Positions 51,104-53,569 of a stretch of DNA of 53,569 nucleotides are shown piece by piece. This DNA comes from a virus. The stretch spans positions 1 through 53,569 of IMG/VR virus record IMGVR_UViG_3300045988_160359, one strand, 5' to 3'. The translations under genes and the position numbers were made by a program. The notes under the pieces are model-generated. The model was given only the letters and a program-made list of their open reading frames with translations, searched no databases and was not told the origin of the DNA. Every line of letters starts with the position of its first letter. Position 1 is the stretch's first letter.

Positions 51104-53569
51104 ATGTCTAATGAATTAAATGAAAAAATATTCCGATCAGTAGACACAATTGTATCTGCTCGATTATAGAATTTACCATTTGACTAGACAATAATCGGTG
51201 TGGTAGAAAGTGTACCTGAAAAATCAGAAGCGCAAAAATACATAGTAAATTATAAAGGTGCAAAATTAACAGTATTTGTAAATGATACTGATAAAAAATA
51301 TGCAATAAATGAAGAAGTATATGTATTAATTCCTGGTGGAGATTTTTCAGCTAAAAAACTTATTACAGGTAGAGTTATAAGTGATTATTAGGCTGATGAA
51401 AAAAGAAATGAAAATAATTATCTGCCATCATTTAGCCATTGGGTTTCGCCTGAGCAAGAATATAGTTTAATTGTTGAAAATAGTAATTCAGAATCAACAA
51501 AATTAATTTATGAAGTTGCATTAAATGATTCTCCTATTATTGGTTATACAACCTTATAGTTAGCTTATAATATTGCCGCGGATTTATACAATAATGAAAA
51601 AATTGTTGATTAGGGAATATATGGAGTAAGAGTTATTTTAACAGCAATTGATTAGAATACTGTTAATACTAATGATAATAATTTAAAACAAGACTTAATA
51701 TATAATATGACTTGTGATAATATGTTATTAATGAATAAATATCGTTCAGGTGGATATACGGCACAAAATTTCAATATTACGATTACTGATAAAATTATTA
51801 CTAATATAAAAATTATTGCATACCACAATGGAAAATTTTATGACAGTGATAATAATAAAATTACCCAAAAAGATGATTTATATGTTAAATTAAAAAATTT
51901 CACATTAACTACTGGGTATTTAAAAAAGGATTTAGACAATGACAGTAATAGTGATATTGCAATTTATTTTTATTCTCTTAATGGTATATAGTATAAAAGT
52001 AATACTAATGAATTAGATGTTACAACAGCATTTCGTCCAGTAAATAAAGTTACTGGTACTATTATTACCTATCCTATTACTAATATTTAGTTATATAGAT
52101 ATAATGACAGCAATACTATCAATACGTCAGGAGTTGGAATAGGCTGGGATTTGATTAATAATGTAATTTAGAAAAATACTACATTAAGTTTTAAATTGCA
52201 ATCTGGCGATTAGATTACAAAAGCGATTTATTGTGTTAAAATTAGTTTTAATGTTAATAATATACCAAATGTTTATGCCGTTTCAAATAAATTAACATTT
52301 ACTAATTAGACTTCTAATGAAAATATTTCATTATTAGCGGGAATTACATTAACTCCTAATAACAATAGTAATGTTTTCTACTCTTATGGACAAGATAATT
52401 AGTTATTAGCTCGATCTGATAGCGAAAAACTATAGAGAATTGCTGTATCATTTTCGTCAAAAGATACAACTGGAAATACTACATTAGTCCCAGGAGTCAA
52501 TTTAACTTATTATTTACCAGTAAAGAATACTATGATTTTACCTGTTGATTCTAGACGAGAAATTAATAAAAAAAATCAATAGGAGTATTATACATTTAAT
52601 AAAAAATTAACAAGCGATGATTTACAATCAAATATTTTTTACATCCCATTTAAAATTGCTAATTTATATAATCCATTATTTAAAAATAATACAATTATTT
52701 GTGATGTAGAAATTAATGATTAGATTTATACTCAAAACTTAGATTTATTGTTCGGTGTTAGTGGTTCTTCAGGTGCTAATTATGTTTTATAGTTAGAATT
52801 ATAGGATAGTGCTTCTAATTAGAAGGTAAAATCTATTTTTTATAAAGCAACTAATTAGCCCGTGTATAAAATTTAGTATTATTTATATGATTATGCTTGG
52901 AATTCAATTCCTAATAATAATTTAAAAAATATTTCATTTACATGGTATAATTCAGCATTAAACAATAATTCTAAAATAAAATTAGATAATAAAACGGGAG
53001 TTATTACTTTATTACAAGATTTAGTCGCAGAAGATGGAATTGCTTCTAAATTAATAGTTTAGATGACTGGCACTTATCAAGGAATTGAATTAAAAGGATA
53101 TATCACAATACCAGTAAGTTTTAATCCTTTATGTGCTTGTATTGATGGCTGTTCTATTATTACATATGATATAACAGGCAAAAAACCAATTTATGAAAAA
53201 ACTCCTTATAGATTATATCAATATTCTGATTCGTTAGATTTATAGATTATAGATGATATAGAGTGGAATTTAATAGATGAAAGTGGATTATTAAAATTTA
53301 ATTCTATTGATCCTAGTGGGCCTAACTCTAAAATTAAAATTATTACTCCACCAACAATTTATTCCCCACAAAATAAATCTTCATATATAACGGCGAGTCT
53401 AAATAGTTCAATTGTTTGGATATAGCCAATTTTAATGATAAATAATACTTATCCAACAGCCATGTGGAATGATATGCGTGGAAATGAAATTAATTTTAAT
53501 AACAATGAACTTCAATTATTTTCTGCAACTGTTGGACAATTAGATGCTAAACAAGCAAATGGAGTATTA
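51104..53569 (+). CDS. Distal tail / tail fibre protein, partial (runs off the window end), with many in-frame TAG
   Basis: Track ORFs 51200, 51707 and 53063 share the frame of the ATG at 51104. The sequence is Asn/Thr/Ser-rich, which is typical of fibre proteins. Confidence 0.5.

Noticed and set aside
24060-53569. Reading the in-frame TAGs as pseudogenisation or frameshift sequencing errors
   Set aside because: Only TAG, never TAA or TGA, interrupts the frames. The frames are maintained perfectly over kilobases, and the conserved motifs continue across the interruptions.

Overview
This window reads as one tailed-phage genome segment with three compositionally distinct parts. It appears to be a siphovirus-like phage. 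A Firmicutes-type host is suggested by strong GGAGG-type ribosome-binding sites, many perfect TTGACA-N17-TATAAT promoters and an AbrB-like regulator. The identifications and evidence below are provisional.

1. Positions ~1-23,640 form a GC-richer early region of about 45 small genes, all on the minus strand and all in the standard genetic code. Nearly every gene has its own consensus sigma-70-type promoter, a strong SD and a hairpin terminator. Recognisable products include:
- an HD-domain hydrolase
- a GIY-YIG nuclease
- a DnaQ-like DEDD exonuclease
- a HAD phosphatase
- a kinase-like protein
- several zinc-ribbon and membrane miniproteins
- a duplicated two-gene cassette
About nine intergenic sites carry a conserved module of two face-to-face consensus promoters around a GC hairpin, followed by a bidirectional terminator. 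At 11.16-11.88 kb there is a tandem array of five palindromic promoter repeats.

2. Positions ~2,760-5,760 form an AT-rich plus-strand island embedded in the early region. It encodes a ribbon-helix-helix protein, a resolvase-type HTH protein and a dense array of the palindromic hexamer TTGCAA. Its ORFs are interrupted only by in-frame TAG codons.

3. Positions ~24,060-25,740 form an AT-rich minus-strand block that includes an AbrB-like regulator. From ~25,900 to the end runs an AT-rich plus-strand late module:
- zinc-ribbon protein
- putative TerS
- TerL
- small nuclease
- portal
- scaffold
- head proteins and major capsid protein
- connector proteins
- major tail protein
- chaperones
- a ~2,765-codon tape measure protein
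- the start of a tail fibre
Most of these genes read through many in-frame TAG codons, and only TAG, so TAG is used as a sense codon. No suppressor tRNA was found in the window.

A ~830-bp non-coding region at 22.7-23.5 kb carries TTTTAACAATCTT iterons, a 26-bp palindrome and a CA-rich to GT-rich switch. It is a candidate replication origin.

Coordinates that were hand-indexed rather than taken from the ORF track may be off by 1-2 nt.
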